Assembly: GCA_041242255.1 (NCBI GenBank)
Contig: JBESAV010000001.1
Span: 128,001-192,000 of the forward strand
Source of the DNA: Candidatus Altimarinota bacterium
GTDB taxonomy: Bacteria; Patescibacteriota; Gracilibacteria; UBA1369; GCA-2718715
Direction: 5' to 3'
Length of the DNA: 64,000 nt
In this document: piece after piece, positions 47,793 to 58,743 of the stretch
Layout of the letters: each line of letters begins with the position of its first letter
Position numbering within the stretch: the stretch's first letter is position 1
Notes under the pieces: generated by a model
Told to the model about the DNA's origin: nothing
Database searches by the model: none
The model's input: only the letters and a program-made list of their open reading frames with translations
Translations under genes and position numbers: made by a program

Positions 47793-48878
47793 ATGCATCA
47801 ACACTTACCAAGCCCAAAAAGAAAAATCTGGCCAGCAATCCTCGGCCTTTTAGTTCTTCTAATTTTCTCATCATTCCATTTATCGTTCAATTCAAATGAA
47901 TTTCAAATCCAAACTGTTACTAATACAGAAACAATATCTGAAGATAGTAACGATTTCTTCCAACTCAGAACTCAGGAAGTAACTTTAGAAAACAATCAAA
48001 AAGTCCAATATTCCATCTCTGGTGACGACAACAGCCTAGAATCACAAGCTCTCAAAGAAGGAGAAAAAGTTATAACCTTTCAAGACCCATCATTAGATCA
48101 ACCAAACATACTAGAAAAATACCGTTTAACTCCCCTTCTTCTTTTACTACTAACTTTTATGGGAGTTACAATTCTCTTTACCGGTAAAGAAACCCTCTAT
48201 TCTTTCTTAAGTCTTTCCCTGACAATCATAGTCCTATTATTCATTCTACAAGCAATTATAAATGGAACTTCTCCACTCTTAGCAACTATAATCGGATGTT
48301 TCACTATAGGTACTCTTTCTATATATATTGCACACGGATTCAATACAAAAACACACCTATCAACAATCTCAATAATAAGCACCCTTTCCGTAACTCTCAT
48401 CTCCTCTCTCCTCGTCACAAACCTAGCAAAACTCACAGGAACTGGATCAGAGAGCAGCTTCTACCTAGCAAACTCAAACTTAATCATTGACCTTAGAAGC
48501 CTACTTTTAGCAGGTATACTAGTTGGGACACTTGGTGTCCTAGATGACATAACGACTAGTCAAATCGCCACCATACACGAACTTCACCACACAGACGACA
48601 AGCAGTCATTCAAAACTCTTTACCAAAAAGGTCTCAACGTAGGAAAAACTCACATTTCATCACTCATAAACACTCTTGTTTTAGCTTATGCAGGTGGAAG
48701 CCTTCCGCTACTCCTTCTACTTTTTACAGACCCAAGCATTCCATTTTGGGTAACCATAAACCAAGAATTCTTCGCTGAAGAAATAATTAGAACTATCATA
48801 GGTAGTATCTCGCTTGTATTAGCAGTACCTATTAGTACAGCTCTAGCTGCCAAATATTACACTCAACATAAACATTAA
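47793..48878 (+). CDS. YibE/F family membrane protein
   Basis: Multi-TM; GTLGVLDDIT, HISSLINTLVLAYAGGSLP, EEIIRTIIGSI. Confidence 0.9.
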   Translation: MHQHLPSPKRKIWPAILGLLVLLIFSSFHLSFNSNEFQIQTVTNTETISEDSNDFFQLRTQEVTLENNQKVQYSISGDDNSLESQALKEGEKVITFQDPSLDQPNILEKYRLTPLLLLLLTFMGVTILFTGKETLYSFLSLSLTIIVLLFILQAIINGTSPLLATIIGCFTIGTLSIYIAHGFNTKTHLSTISIISTLSVTLISSLLVTNLAKLTGTGSESSFYLANSNLIIDLRSLLLAGILVGTLGVLDDITTSQIATIHELHHTDDKQSFKTLYQKGLNVGKTHISSLINTLVLAYAGGSLPLLLLLFTDPSIPFWVTINQEFFAEEIIRTIIGSISLVLAVPISTALAAKYYTQHKH

Positions 48879-48879
48879 A

Positions 48880-49689
48880 ATGAAACTACATCTACTCAAA
48901 CCTAAAGCTAGCTTCAGCCATATTTTAGGGATAAAATACTTTGAAGATCATTACCAAGACAACTCACTAGACATTGAATTTTACGACTACCCAATGGAGA
49001 TCATAAACATTCTTAAAAACGACAAAAAATCCTTTGGTCTAGTCCCTTTCAGCAACTTCCAAAACCAAATAGACAACCAACTTTTAAATGAATTAGAAAA
49101 TAACCCTCAGCTCCAAATCTGGGACCTAATCCAACTCCCAACATATGAGTTTATTTGCAACCAAGAAAAAGAATTCCACTCACTTAGCCTTACCCCTGAG
49201 CAATTCCAAAAACACTTCAACCACCTCTCCAAAAAATACACTCGCCTAAACCTCATCCAAGTACCAACCCTTGAACACAGCTTAGAATTAGCCAAATCAT
49301 CAGCCAAAAATGCATGCATCGCCAACCAATACCAAGCTGACCTCCACAACCTTACGATTTTCTCGGAAGAACTCTCCCCTCAAATACCAGACCAAAAATT
49401 CATAATTATCTCACAACAACCCAACAAAAAGAAAATCCAAACTAGCTCTGCTATCTTAACTCCAACCAACTTCCAAACCTATTACTCCCTTCTACCAATA
49501 CTACACATTTTCCGAGAAAACAAAGTAGAAATAAACTACCTCCAAGAATTCACAGATCAAGAAAATAAAAAATTATTCTACATAGAATTAGACGGCAATC
49601 CAAAACAAGCTCGCTACATTAAATCCAAATTCGAACTAGAAAAAGACATGCAAGCCATCCACTTAAGATTCCTCGGCGGAAGAAGATAA
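48880..49689 (+). CDS. prephenate dehydratase-like protein with ACT domain (degenerate)
   Basis: GLVPFSN, ACIAN..ADLHNL.I..E, QKFIII (in place of TRF), FYIELDG, LRFLG. Confidence 0.6.
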   Translation: MKLHLLKPKASFSHILGIKYFEDHYQDNSLDIEFYDYPMEIINILKNDKKSFGLVPFSNFQNQIDNQLLNELENNPQLQIWDLIQLPTYEFICNQEKEFHSLSLTPEQFQKHFNHLSKKYTRLNLIQVPTLEHSLELAKSSAKNACIANQYQADLHNLTIFSEELSPQIPDQKFIIISQQPNKKKIQTSSAILTPTNFQTYYSLLPILHIFRENKVEINYLQEFTDQENKKLFYIELDGNPKQARYIKSKFELEKDMQAIHLRFLGGRR

Positions 49690-49781
49690 AACAACTCCAA
49701 TAAAACCCAGAACCATTTAACATAAAAATTTAAAATTCTGGTAAACTCAAAATACTACTATCAAACAAATAAAGTAAAAAC

Positions 49782-50870
49782 ATGAAAGAAACTCTAATAA
49801 AAACCACTTTTGACCTTATAAAATTTCCATCTGAGCCCGAAAACCTACAAGCAAAACTAGACATCATCAACTTCATAAAAGACAAATTTAAAGATAAGCC
49901 AGTTTTCATAAGAGAGTTCACCTCAAATCACCAACCATCCATCCTTATTACGCTCGAGGAGACGTTAAATCCTCAAATCCTACTCTATGCTCATCTAGAT
50001 GTTGTACCCGCCCCAGAAACGGAATTTAACCCTCAAATTAAAAACGGGAAAATATATGGTAGAGGTGCAGGAGACATGAAAAGTTCTGCAGCTGTCATTT
50101 TAGAATTATTTTTAAGCTATCTCGACCAAGACAAAAAACCATCCATTGGACTTATGTTCACATGCGATGAAGAAGTAGGAGGATTTGATGGAACTAAACA
50201 CATGCTTGAAGAGGGAGTATCATGCGAGCTCTGCATTATGCCCGATTCTTCAAAAGGCACTGACACACTTATAACTTACCAAAAAGGTGTTTCCATTATA
50301 AAAGTTTGGGCTCATGGTCGCTCAGCACATGGGTCTCGCCCTCACCTTGGTTCTAACGCAATTGAAAAAGTCATAAAAGATCTAACCAAGATAAGAAAAC
50401 TTTTCAAAAGAAAACAAAAGAAAAATACCCGCACTACCCTAAACATAGGAACCATTAAAGGCGGAGAACAAACAAATCAAATCCCAGAATACGCCGAAGC
50501 AACCCTTGATATAAGATACGAAGATCCAACCCATTTCTATAAAATATTTAAAAAGATCAAAAAGTACACAATTCAAAACTCTGAAATTATGTTTTCAGGA
50601 TCACCTTTCATATGTGACCTCAAAAACCCCCTTATCCAAAACTATATTTCTTCAACCAAAAAAGTCTTAGATAAAAATCCATTCTTCGAAAAAGAATCAG
50701 GTACATCAGATGCAAGATTTTTCTCTGAAAAAAACATACCAGTTATAGTAACAGGTATAGAAAAAGAAAACAGCCATTCACTAAACGAAAACTGTTCCAT
50801 CGATGACATGGTAAATTTCTATAACATCCTTAAAGATTTCATAGATACACACGTAGATACAATCAACTAA
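49782..50870 (+). CDS. M20/DapE-ArgE family metallopeptidase
   Basis: HLDVVP, GRGAGDMK, DEEVGG, GRSAHGS, GTSDARF, SHSLNE. Confidence 0.92.
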   Translation: MKETLIKTTFDLIKFPSEPENLQAKLDIINFIKDKFKDKPVFIREFTSNHQPSILITLEETLNPQILLYAHLDVVPAPETEFNPQIKNGKIYGRGAGDMKSSAAVILELFLSYLDQDKKPSIGLMFTCDEEVGGFDGTKHMLEEGVSCELCIMPDSSKGTDTLITYQKGVSIIKVWAHGRSAHGSRPHLGSNAIEKVIKDLTKIRKLFKRKQKKNTRTTLNIGTIKGGEQTNQIPEYAEATLDIRYEDPTHFYKIFKKIKKYTIQNSEIMFSGSPFICDLKNPLIQNYISSTKKVLDKNPFFEKESGTSDARFFSEKNIPVIVTGIEKENSHSLNENCSIDDMVNFYNILKDFIDTHVDTIN

Positions 50871-51355
50871 TCCAATATAAAGACCATCACTTGCTCACCT
50901 GCGCTTTCATATGATCTACGAAAATCTCTCCTTGAAAACATAAAGGCATCACCTACTTTCATTCCAAATTTAGAAGCATAAAAAAACTCACCATCATAAT
51001 CTTCAACTTTGATCATTTTCAAAGTATTAAAATTATACCTACTCTGATCCAAAATACTTCCATCTAAAAGAACCAAAACATCATAACCCTGGTCCATAAT
51101 CACCTCTAGTTCATCAATCTCCAAACCATCATAGACCCTAAGCTCACTGCTGCCTGCAAAAAAACCGTATTCAAAATCCTGAACTTCCTCACTCACTACA
51201 ACCTGCTCAAAAGAAGGTTCATTTCCAATATCATCTCCTTCATTAGATTCTACAATCTCCTCCAAAACTTGGGTTTCCATAAATTGATCCTCAGCCCAAA
51301 AAGCAACTGAAGAAAGAAATATTAAAATAAAAAGTAGAAATAAAACTCTAGCCAT
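50867..51355 (-). CDS. hypothetical exported protein
   Basis: Hydrophobic N-terminus; overlaps murJ end. Confidence 0.6.
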   Translation of the reverse strand: MARVLFLLFILIFLSSVAFWAEDQFMETQVLEEIVESNEGDDIGNEPSFEQVVVSEEVQDFEYGFFAGSSELRVYDGLEIDELEVIMDQGYDVLVLLDGSILDQSRYNFNTLKMIKVEDYDGEFFYASKFGMKVGDAFMFSRRDFRRSYESAGEQVMVFILD

Positions 51356-52892
51356 TTTTCAAAAACCTTTTTACATGATGCTCAAACCCAGTGTACTTGA
51401 AAACACCCAACACCCAAATAGCAACCATATAAACCATAGCTCCAGCTCCAACAGCAATTAAAAATTCCAAAACTCCCAAATATTCACCACCAATTACAAA
51501 CTTCAATGCATACACCACACCTCCCATCATTAAAACCGCTAAACTCATCTTACTAAAGTCACTTCCAAGCCTTAACCAATCCAAACTCACAAACTTTCTC
51601 AACAAGCCAAACAAAATCAAAACCTGAACCACAAAACCTAATGCATAGGCCCATCCAAACATACTTACCCCATACTCATAGGCAAAACCATAAACTATTC
51701 CAATATTAACCAATACAAACATTACTCCTCCTAAAAGAGGTAAAACCGTATTTTCAAATGCATTAAAAACTCTCACTAATAAGTGATTTAAACTCTCAAA
51801 ACTAATCGACAACGCAAAAACCATCAAAACCATAGAGGTCATTCTCAAATCATTCTCATCAAAAGCTCCCCTATTAAATAGAACATTTACGGCATCAGAA
51901 GCCAAAATCAAAAGCCCAACCGAAGCCGGCAACGTAAACACAAGTATCCTCAAAATTGAATCTTCAATTTTCAACCTAACTTTCTGCATATCACCTTCAG
52001 ACCTAAGATCAACCAAAAACGGGAAAACTGCAGTTGCCAGAGCAACTCCAAACATACTCACAGCAAAACCCTGCACATTCCTTGCATAATTAAAAGCAGT
52101 CACACTCCCATCAACCAGCCCAACACCCACAATATTGTAAACCAACAAAGAAATTTGCAAAGTAAACAAACTCAACATCTTAGGCAATGAAAGCTTAACA
52201 ACCTTCCAAATCTCAGGATGCCAAAACTCAAACTTCATCTCAAACCCATCTATAAATAAGTAATCCACAAACCGGATCAAAAAGTGCAAAACCAAACCAA
52301 TCACCGTCCCATACACAACCGAATAAACCTCATAACTTTCACTAAACAAAATCAAACCAATAATTATTCCAACATTATAAAACGAAGACGACAACGCAAA
52401 CGCCAAATAATGCTTAAAACTATGAAGCACAACCCCCAAACTGTTACTCAAAGTAAACAATATCGGTGACAACAAAAGCCATCTCGACATACTAACCAAC
52501 ATCTCCACCTCACCTACCTGAAGATCTTTATAAAGCCCAGTTACAAGCTGAGGCATAAACAAAAACGCCAACAAAGAAACACCCAAAACTAACATTTGCG
52601 ACAAAAACATCCAAGCTCCCATCAACTTCTGCCCCTCTCTTTCATCCTTAAGATATACTCTCCTAAAAATAGGCAACAAAACTCCCATCAAAGCCCCAGC
52701 AGTAGTCAAAGTATAGATATTATCCACCAAAGCTATAGAGGCATAATAAGCATCGGTTTCTCCACTAGCTCCAAAATATCCTGACATTATTACATCTCGA
52801 AAAAATCCAGCAACATAACTCACCAACGTTGCCACCGCCACAATCAGGGAGGCCATACCAAAACTCGATGGCTTGAAAACTCTACTCAGCAA
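51348..52892 (-). CDS. murJ: lipid II flippase MurJ (MviN)
   Basis: GFFRDVIM..FGAS.ETDAY, many TM helices, ALATAVFP, FNRGAFD. Confidence 0.93.
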   Translation of the reverse strand: MLSRVFKPSSFGMASLIVAVATLVSYVAGFFRDVIMSGYFGASGETDAYYASIALVDNIYTLTTAGALMGVLLPIFRRVYLKDEREGQKLMGAWMFLSQMLVLGVSLLAFLFMPQLVTGLYKDLQVGEVEMLVSMSRWLLLSPILFTLSNSLGVVLHSFKHYLAFALSSSFYNVGIIIGLILFSESYEVYSVVYGTVIGLVLHFLIRFVDYLFIDGFEMKFEFWHPEIWKVVKLSLPKMLSLFTLQISLLVYNIVGVGLVDGSVTAFNYARNVQGFAVSMFGVALATAVFPFLVDLRSEGDMQKVRLKIEDSILRILVFTLPASVGLLILASDAVNVLFNRGAFDENDLRMTSMVLMVFALSISFESLNHLLVRVFNAFENTVLPLLGGVMFVLVNIGIVYGFAYEYGVSMFGWAYALGFVVQVLILFGLLRKFVSLDWLRLGSDFSKMSLAVLMMGGVVYALKFVIGGEYLGVLEFLIAVGAGAMVYMVAIWVLGVFKYTGFEHHVKRFLKNG

Positions 52893-52951
52893 ATCAAAAA
52901 ATTATTTACTCAATCATACCAACTCAACTCAAATAAACAACTTCAAAGCCA

Positions 52952-55447
52952 CTACTTAACCTTAGTCCCCTTATCCTCAATCATCTTCACACACTCCTCT
53001 AGAGTCAGGTCTTCTGGCTTAGTCCCCTTTGGCACAGAAACATTAGTTTTTCCATAATTCACATAAGGACCATATCTTCCATCCAAAACTTTAACTTTCG
53101 AATCCTTAAACTCTTTCAAAACTTTTTTCGAAGCACCTCTAGATGGCTTTCCTTCTTTTAACAGTTTCTTAGCTTTCTTCAAATCCATATCCCAAATCTC
53201 CTCAACCGCAACAGTGGCAGTCTTCCCTTCTCCACGGAGATAAGGACCATATCTTCCCACGTCAAACTTAACCTCGTCGCCAAGATCCAAAGGTAAAGAC
53301 AACAAGAACAAAGCTTTCTCCAAATCCACCGAACTAGGATCAACACCTTTCGGAATAGATTTCATCTTCCGATCTTTTTCTTCAGTCTCACCAAGCTGAA
53401 CATAAGGACCATAACGCCCTACTTTTGCATATACAGGCTTACCTGTTTCAGGGTCTTCTCCCATTGCTTCATCTTGATTTTCACCAGCTTCCAAAAGCTC
53501 TTCAACTTTAGTCATATCAAGCTCATCTGGTCTCAGATCTTCAGGCACAGAAGCCTTCACCTCTCCCTTCTCAATATAAGGCCCATACCTTCCAACTCTT
53601 AACTCTACACCAGATTCATCTAACTCCTCAATCGGAATAGTACAAACAGCCTTGGCATCAATATCCTGCTCAAGCATCTCAGAAAGCCCCTTATACTTTT
53701 TCCCTCCATAGTAAAAATCTTTCAAGTACTCTACTCTCTTTCTTTCACCTCTTGATATCTCATCCAAGAATTCTTCCATCTCAGCTGTAAACTCCATATC
53801 TACCAAGTGTGCAAAATGTTGCTCCAAAAGTTGAATCACACCAAATGCCATAAACGTAGGCACCAAAGCTTTTCCAGATTTTTGGACATAATTCCTCCTC
53901 AAAATTGTATCAATAATAGAAGCATACGTACTCGGTCTACCTACACCACGGGCCTCCAGCTCTTTCACTAAAGAAGCTTCATTATATCTTGCTGGTGGTT
54001 TCGTAGAGTGATCATTCAAAGTCAATTTCTCAAGATCAACCACATCTCCAACCTTCATCTTAGGCAAAATCACCTCATCACTAGCCTTCTTCACAACTCC
54101 TTCAGCATATACTTTCCTAAAACCATCAAACTTAATCACCTTACCATTAGCCTGCAAAGTGTACTTTTCATCCTTATCATGAATCACCACAGCAGTACTC
54201 AAAAGCTCAGCTTCAGCCATCTGACTAGCCAAAGTCCTTCTAAAGATAAGATCATAGACCTTAGCCTGATCTGCCGGAACTTTCTTAGCTACAGCTGAAG
54301 GCATTTGAAAACTCTTCCCAGCTGGACGAATAGCCTCATGCGCCTCTTGAGCATTCTTAACTTTAGATTTATAAACTCGAGCCTTAGGTGACAAATACTC
54401 TTTACCGTATTCTTTTTCCACCAATCCCCTAGCTGCACTCAAAGCTTCTTTAGATAAGTTAATCGAGTCAGTTCTCATATAAGTAATATAACCATTTTCA
54501 TATAATCTCTGCGCCAACTGCATTGTCTGTCTTGAAGAAAAACCAAGTTTTCTGTTGGCCTCTTGTTGCAATGTACTAGTTATAAATGGTGCTGCAGGAT
54601 ACTGTTTAGTCGGCTTCTCATTAATATCAGTAACTTTATACTCAAGCTTCTTCATCTCTTTTAAAACTTCTTTCCATTCCTTCTCACTTTTCACCACTAC
54701 CTTCCCTTCTTTACCTTTCAAAAGCTCTCCAGTATTTGGATCAAAATCCTTAGTCGAAACCAATGAAACACCTTCAACCTCCTTCAACATTGCTTTAAAA
54801 GACTCTTTTTTCTTCATATCAGCCTCCACACTAAAATACTGAGCAGACTTAAATTTAATTCTTTCCCTTTCTCTCTCAACTATAAGTCTCAAAGCTGCAC
54901 TTTGTACTCTCCCAGCTGACAATTTTGGAGCAACTTTTCTCCACAAAATCGGAGAAACCTCATATCCATACAGTCTATCTAATACTCTTCTAGCCTCCTG
55001 AGCATGCACTAAATCATCATCAATATCTCTCGGGTTTTTCAAAGCGCTTTCGATCGCATCTTTTGTAATCTCATGAAAAGCCAATCTCTTCACCGGAACC
55101 TTTGGCTTCAGAATCTCAAGCAAATGCCAACTAATCGACTCCCCTTCACGATCCTCATCCGTTGCAAGATACAGTTCATCTGCATCTTTCAGTAAAGTCT
55201 TAAGCTTTTTGATCTGCTTTTTCTTATCTGGAGCAACCACATATAAAGGCTCAAATCCATTCTCAATATCAACTCCCAACCTAGACCATTTCTCTTTCTT
55301 ATATTTAGCAGGAATGTCCCCCGCCTTTCTAGGAAGGTCTCTTACATGACCAATACTCGACTCTACCACGTAATCTTTCCCAAGTATTTTACCAATAGTT
55401 TTTGCCTTTGCTGGCGACTCCACAATTACTAATTTCACAGATCTCAA
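52952..55447 (-). CDS. topA: DNA topoisomerase I with C-terminal GRYGPY repeats
   Basis: IVESPAKAK, ATDEDREGE, SAGRVQ, ITYMRTDS, GRPSTYA. Confidence 0.97.
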   Translation of the reverse strand: MRSVKLVIVESPAKAKTIGKILGKDYVVESSIGHVRDLPRKAGDIPAKYKKEKWSRLGVDIENGFEPLYVVAPDKKKQIKKLKTLLKDADELYLATDEDREGESISWHLLEILKPKVPVKRLAFHEITKDAIESALKNPRDIDDDLVHAQEARRVLDRLYGYEVSPILWRKVAPKLSAGRVQSAALRLIVERERERIKFKSAQYFSVEADMKKKESFKAMLKEVEGVSLVSTKDFDPNTGELLKGKEGKVVVKSEKEWKEVLKEMKKLEYKVTDINEKPTKQYPAAPFITSTLQQEANRKLGFSSRQTMQLAQRLYENGYITYMRTDSINLSKEALSAARGLVEKEYGKEYLSPKARVYKSKVKNAQEAHEAIRPAGKSFQMPSAVAKKVPADQAKVYDLIFRRTLASQMAEAELLSTAVVIHDKDEKYTLQANGKVIKFDGFRKVYAEGVVKKASDEVILPKMKVGDVVDLEKLTLNDHSTKPPARYNEASLVKELEARGVGRPSTYASIIDTILRRNYVQKSGKALVPTFMAFGVIQLLEQHFAHLVDMEFTAEMEEFLDEISRGERKRVEYLKDFYYGGKKYKGLSEMLEQDIDAKAVCTIPIEELDESGVELRVGRYGPYIEKGEVKASVPEDLRPDELDMTKVEELLEAGENQDEAMGEDPETGKPVYAKVGRYGPYVQLGETEEKDRKMKSIPKGVDPSSVDLEKALFLLSLPLDLGDEVKFDVGRYGPYLRGEGKTATVAVEEIWDMDLKKAKKLLKEGKPSRGASKKVLKEFKDSKVKVLDGRYGPYVNYGKTNVSVPKGTKPEDLTLEECVKMIEDKGTKVK

Positions 55448-55588
55448 TTAATTCCACTTTAGCTTACATATTATCCACACAAACTCAAAATAAAATCAAC
55501 TCATTAAAATCCACACCTCATTTTTTGCAACAAAAAAGCCCTAACAATAAAGTTAGAGCAAAATCTGAAACAAATAAAAAAATTAAAT

Positions 55589-56281
55589 CTAAAACCCCTT
55601 CTCTACATTAGGGATCTCACACTTACCACCATCTAAACCATAACACGCAATATTACCCTTAAAGCCTTTACCAGACTCTACAAGCAAATCATGTTGTTTA
55701 CGTACAAGCTCCATAGCCTCATCACAATCTTTAACTACATGGATATAATCCGTATCACCTTCACTGATCAAACCATCACGAAGCATAGTGTCATCAATCC
55801 AATCCAATAATCCTTGCCACATCTCACCGACACAAACAATTGGCATCTTATAAATATGACCAACTTGTATCAATTGCCAAGTATAAGCAAACTCCAAAAG
55901 AGTCCCTGCTCCACCTGGCGCCACAACTACAATATTAGAAAGCCTCATAAAAGCATCCAACCTAGTTGAAAAATACTTATGCTCCTCTTTTATATCTAAA
56001 TGCTTATTCATAGACTCCTCAAAAGGCAACTCAATCCCAATACCTATCGACTTCCCTTCTTCATTACCTTTACTTCCATCAAAATGACCACTATTGGCAG
56101 CCTCCATTATTCCAGGACCACCACCTGTCACCACATCTGCACCCATCTTCCCTATCTCAAAACCAAGCCTATAAATATCATCATAATATTCATTCCCAGG
56201 CTTCAATCTTGCAGAACCAAAAACCACAACTCTAAAATCCTCTCCTTTAAGCACAGAACTATCCGGCAACTTCTTCTTCAT
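55589..56281 (-). CDS. LOG family protein
   Basis: VFGSAR, TGGGPGIMEA, PGGAGTLLE. Confidence 0.92.
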   Translation of the reverse strand: MKKKLPDSSVLKGEDFRVVVFGSARLKPGNEYYDDIYRLGFEIGKMGADVVTGGGPGIMEAANSGHFDGSKGNEEGKSIGIGIELPFEESMNKHLDIKEEHKYFSTRLDAFMRLSNIVVVAPGGAGTLLEFAYTWQLIQVGHIYKMPIVCVGEMWQGLLDWIDDTMLRDGLISEGDTDYIHVVKDCDEAMELVRKQHDLLVESGKGFKGNIACYGLDGGKCEIPNVEKGF

Positions 56282-56327
56282 AAGTTAAATTTATTTATCT
56301 AACCATTATACCAGAAATATACTATTC

Positions 56328-56993
56328 CTAAAACTCAAACCTTCTAACTTCCCCATCTTCATAAGAAACCAAACAAGCATCAACCTGATCCATAAATATA
56401 CCAGTATCCACGACCCCTTCATGATCCATCAAAGCTTCTTCAAATTCATACAGATTCATATCCAAAGCATCCGGTCTGAACTGAACATCTACCAACATAT
56501 TACCAGCATCAGAAAACTTATCCCTCACACTAAAGTTAAGGTCCATCTTCTCAAACGACTTTACCAAAGCTCCAAGACCTTTCTCTTCAACTTCAACGGG
56601 TATCATTAAACCATCAAAATGATCTACCAATTTACTCATATCAACAATCACAACATACTCCTCACATTTCTCAGAAACTTTCTTTTCAAGAGTGTGAGCT
56701 CCTCCACCCCCTTTTATAGCCACACCACTATCAAGCTCCATATGGTCAGCTCCATCTACACCCAGATCACATGACTCAACCTCTTCAACCTCCTTCACAT
56801 TCATTTTTTTCTTTTTCAGAAAATCACGCACAACTTCAGAAGTAGGAACACATATAAAAGTCTCCGCATGCTCATGCTTAACTAAAAGCCTCAAAAACTC
56901 CATGGCAGTAGAACCACTCCCACATCCAATAGTCATCCCTTCTTCTACAAACTCCATTGCTGCTTTGGCCACGATTTTCTTAAGATTAATCAA
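56328..56993 (-). CDS. rpiA: ribose-5-phosphate isomerase A
   Basis: GCGSGST, VPTS, DGAD, IKGGGGA..EK, GVVDTGIF; start uncertain (TTG at 56993 chosen; the track start overlaps the tRNA terminator). Confidence 0.9.
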   Translation of the reverse strand: MINLKKIVAKAAMEFVEEGMTIGCGSGSTAMEFLRLLVKHEHAETFICVPTSEVVRDFLKKKKMNVKEVEEVESCDLGVDGADHMELDSGVAIKGGGGAHTLEKKVSEKCEEYVVIVDMSKLVDHFDGLMIPVEVEEKGLGALVKSFEKMDLNFSVRDKFSDAGNMLVDVQFRPDALDMNLYEFEEALMDHEGVVDTGIFMDQVDACLVSYEDGEVRRFEF

Positions 56994-57053
56994 ATCAATA
57001 AAATTAATAACAAAAACAGAATAACAAAAAAATCTCCTCAAAGGGAGATAAAA

Positions 57054-57130
57054 TGGCGGGATCGACGAGACTCGAACTCGCGACCTCCTGCGTGACAGGC
57101 AGGCGTTCTAACCAACTGAACTACGACCCC
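57054..57130 (-). tRNA. tRNA-Asp (GTC)
   Basis: Reverse complement GGGGTCGTAGTTCAGTTGGTTAGAACGCCTGCCTGTCACGCAGGAGGTCGCGAGTTCGAGTCTCGTCGATCCCGCCA; cloverleaf, GTC anticodon, encoded CCA. Confidence 0.97.
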
Positions 57131-57252
57131 ATCTCTGTAAGAGCAAAGAGATTCTATCCAATTACCTCGAAAAGTCAAACCTAAATTCAATCACAAACCA
57201 AAACATTTCCCTTACACATGGACATCAAAATTATTTATGCTTAAATCATATT

Positions 57253-58371
57253 ATGAAAAAGACAAAACCTATCAAAATCGGAATCGACTGCAGAATGTAT
57301 TCCAAAAAATTCACTGGAATAGGAAGGTATATCAACCAACTAATCTTTCACCTATCCAAAATCGATAATACCAATCAATACTACCTCTTCTTAAACAAAG
57401 ATGATTTTCACGAACTCAAATCTCCATCCCCAAACTTTCACAAAATCCTAGTCAACGCACCTCACTATAGCTTCAGAGAACAAACAACTTTTCTTTACCA
57501 TTTATATAGACAAAACCTAGACCTAGTCCATTTTACAAATTTCAATCACCCACTCCTCTACCTAAAGTCACAAGTCACAACTATCCACGACCTAACCCTA
57601 AACTTCTACCCAGGTAAAAAGTTTCAATCCCCTATCTACAAGTTAGCCTACAAACTTATACTTTGGGCAGCCACCATCAAATCCAAAGCCATTATTACAA
57701 TCTCCAAAAACACCCAAAAAGACCTCCAGCAATTCTACCCTAAATCAAAAAACAAAACTCACATCATCTATAACGGTGTAGACCAAACATTTCTTAAAAA
57801 CACTCAAAAATCATCATTAAAACTTCCATCAGAATACCTCCTATATACAGGTAATTGGCGAGTACACAAAAACCTCATCAACCTAGTAAAAGGCTTTAAA
57901 CTACTCAAAGAAAAACACAACTACCAAGGCCAACTCCTCCTCACAGGAAAACCAAACCCCCTATATCCAGAAACCTTAAACTTCATTCAATCCCAAAAGC
58001 TACAAAACGATGTTCAGCTCCTAGGTCTCGTTGAGGAAGAAGAACTCCCTCACCTATACAAAAACGCCACAGCGTATATTTTCCCATCACTATATGAAGG
58101 TTTCGGACTCCCAATTTTAGAAGCATACGCATCCAAAACTCCTGTTTGCTGCTCAAACACATCTTGTCTTCCAGAAATAGCCGGTCAAGGAGCATTATTC
58201 TTCAACCCAAATTCTCCTCAGGATATAGCTAAAACCATCAACACACTCCTCACAAGCCCCCAACTACAAAAAGACTTAATCAACAAAAGCCAAAAACAAC
58301 TCAAAAAATTCAGCTTTGCAACTATGGCACAAAAGACCCATAATCTATATATAAGTTCAACCCACAAATAA
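57253..58371 (+). CDS. GT4 (family 1) glycosyltransferase
   Basis: IGIDCR..TGIGRY, TIHDL, HKNL, FPSLYEGFGLPILEA. Confidence 0.94.
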   Translation: MKKTKPIKIGIDCRMYSKKFTGIGRYINQLIFHLSKIDNTNQYYLFLNKDDFHELKSPSPNFHKILVNAPHYSFREQTTFLYHLYRQNLDLVHFTNFNHPLLYLKSQVTTIHDLTLNFYPGKKFQSPIYKLAYKLILWAATIKSKAIITISKNTQKDLQQFYPKSKNKTHIIYNGVDQTFLKNTQKSSLKLPSEYLLYTGNWRVHKNLINLVKGFKLLKEKHNYQGQLLLTGKPNPLYPETLNFIQSQKLQNDVQLLGLVEEEELPHLYKNATAYIFPSLYEGFGLPILEAYASKTPVCCSNTSCLPEIAGQGALFFNPNSPQDIAKTINTLLTSPQLQKDLINKSQKQLKKFSFATMAQKTHNLYISSTHK

Positions 58372-58688
58372 TGTTTCAAGATCTCCATGACCTATTACCT
58401 AAAGCAATCAAATCCTTAAATCTTGAAAAACAAACTGACGCCGCTCACGCTATTCACCTAGCCAACACTTTCCTAGATGAAAAATTCCCGTCAGACCAAA
58501 AACCTTACAAAATTATTTCTTTCCAAAAAAACATTCTAAAAATCTACTGCCACCACCCAATCGTAGCTCAAGAAATAATGTATTTAGGTAAACCCTTAAT
58601 TCAGTTCATAAAAAGAAAAGCCCCAAACCTGACCATTTCCCATATTCAAACTACAACCCAAACCCCAGGTAGTGAAAATATTAATTGA
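58371..58688 (+). CDS. DUF721/DciA-like protein
   Basis: L.DLLP start, LKI.C.HP..AQE pattern and size. Confidence 0.55.
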   Translation: MFQDLHDLLPKAIKSLNLEKQTDAAHAIHLANTFLDEKFPSDQKPYKIISFQKNILKIYCHHPIVAQEIMYLGKPLIQFIKRKAPNLTISHIQTTTQTPGSENIN

Positions 58689-58712
58689 CAATCAAGGTTA
58701 AATTACTATACT
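58685..58712 (+). promoter_or_regulatory. rpsP promoter TTGACA-16bp-TATACT
   Basis: Near-consensus hexamers about 30 nt upstream of the TTG start. Confidence 0.65.
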
Positions 58713-58743
58713 TACCCCGCATTTAGCATTTAACATCAGCATT

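Noticed and set aside
56994-57041. N-terminal extension of RpiA as given in the ORF track
   Set aside because: It overlaps the tRNA-Asp terminator hairpin and T-run; the real start is probably downstream
57054-57130. tRNA-anchored genomic island
   Set aside because: No integrase and no duplicate of the tRNA 3' end noticed; flanked by rpiA and a glycosyltransferase
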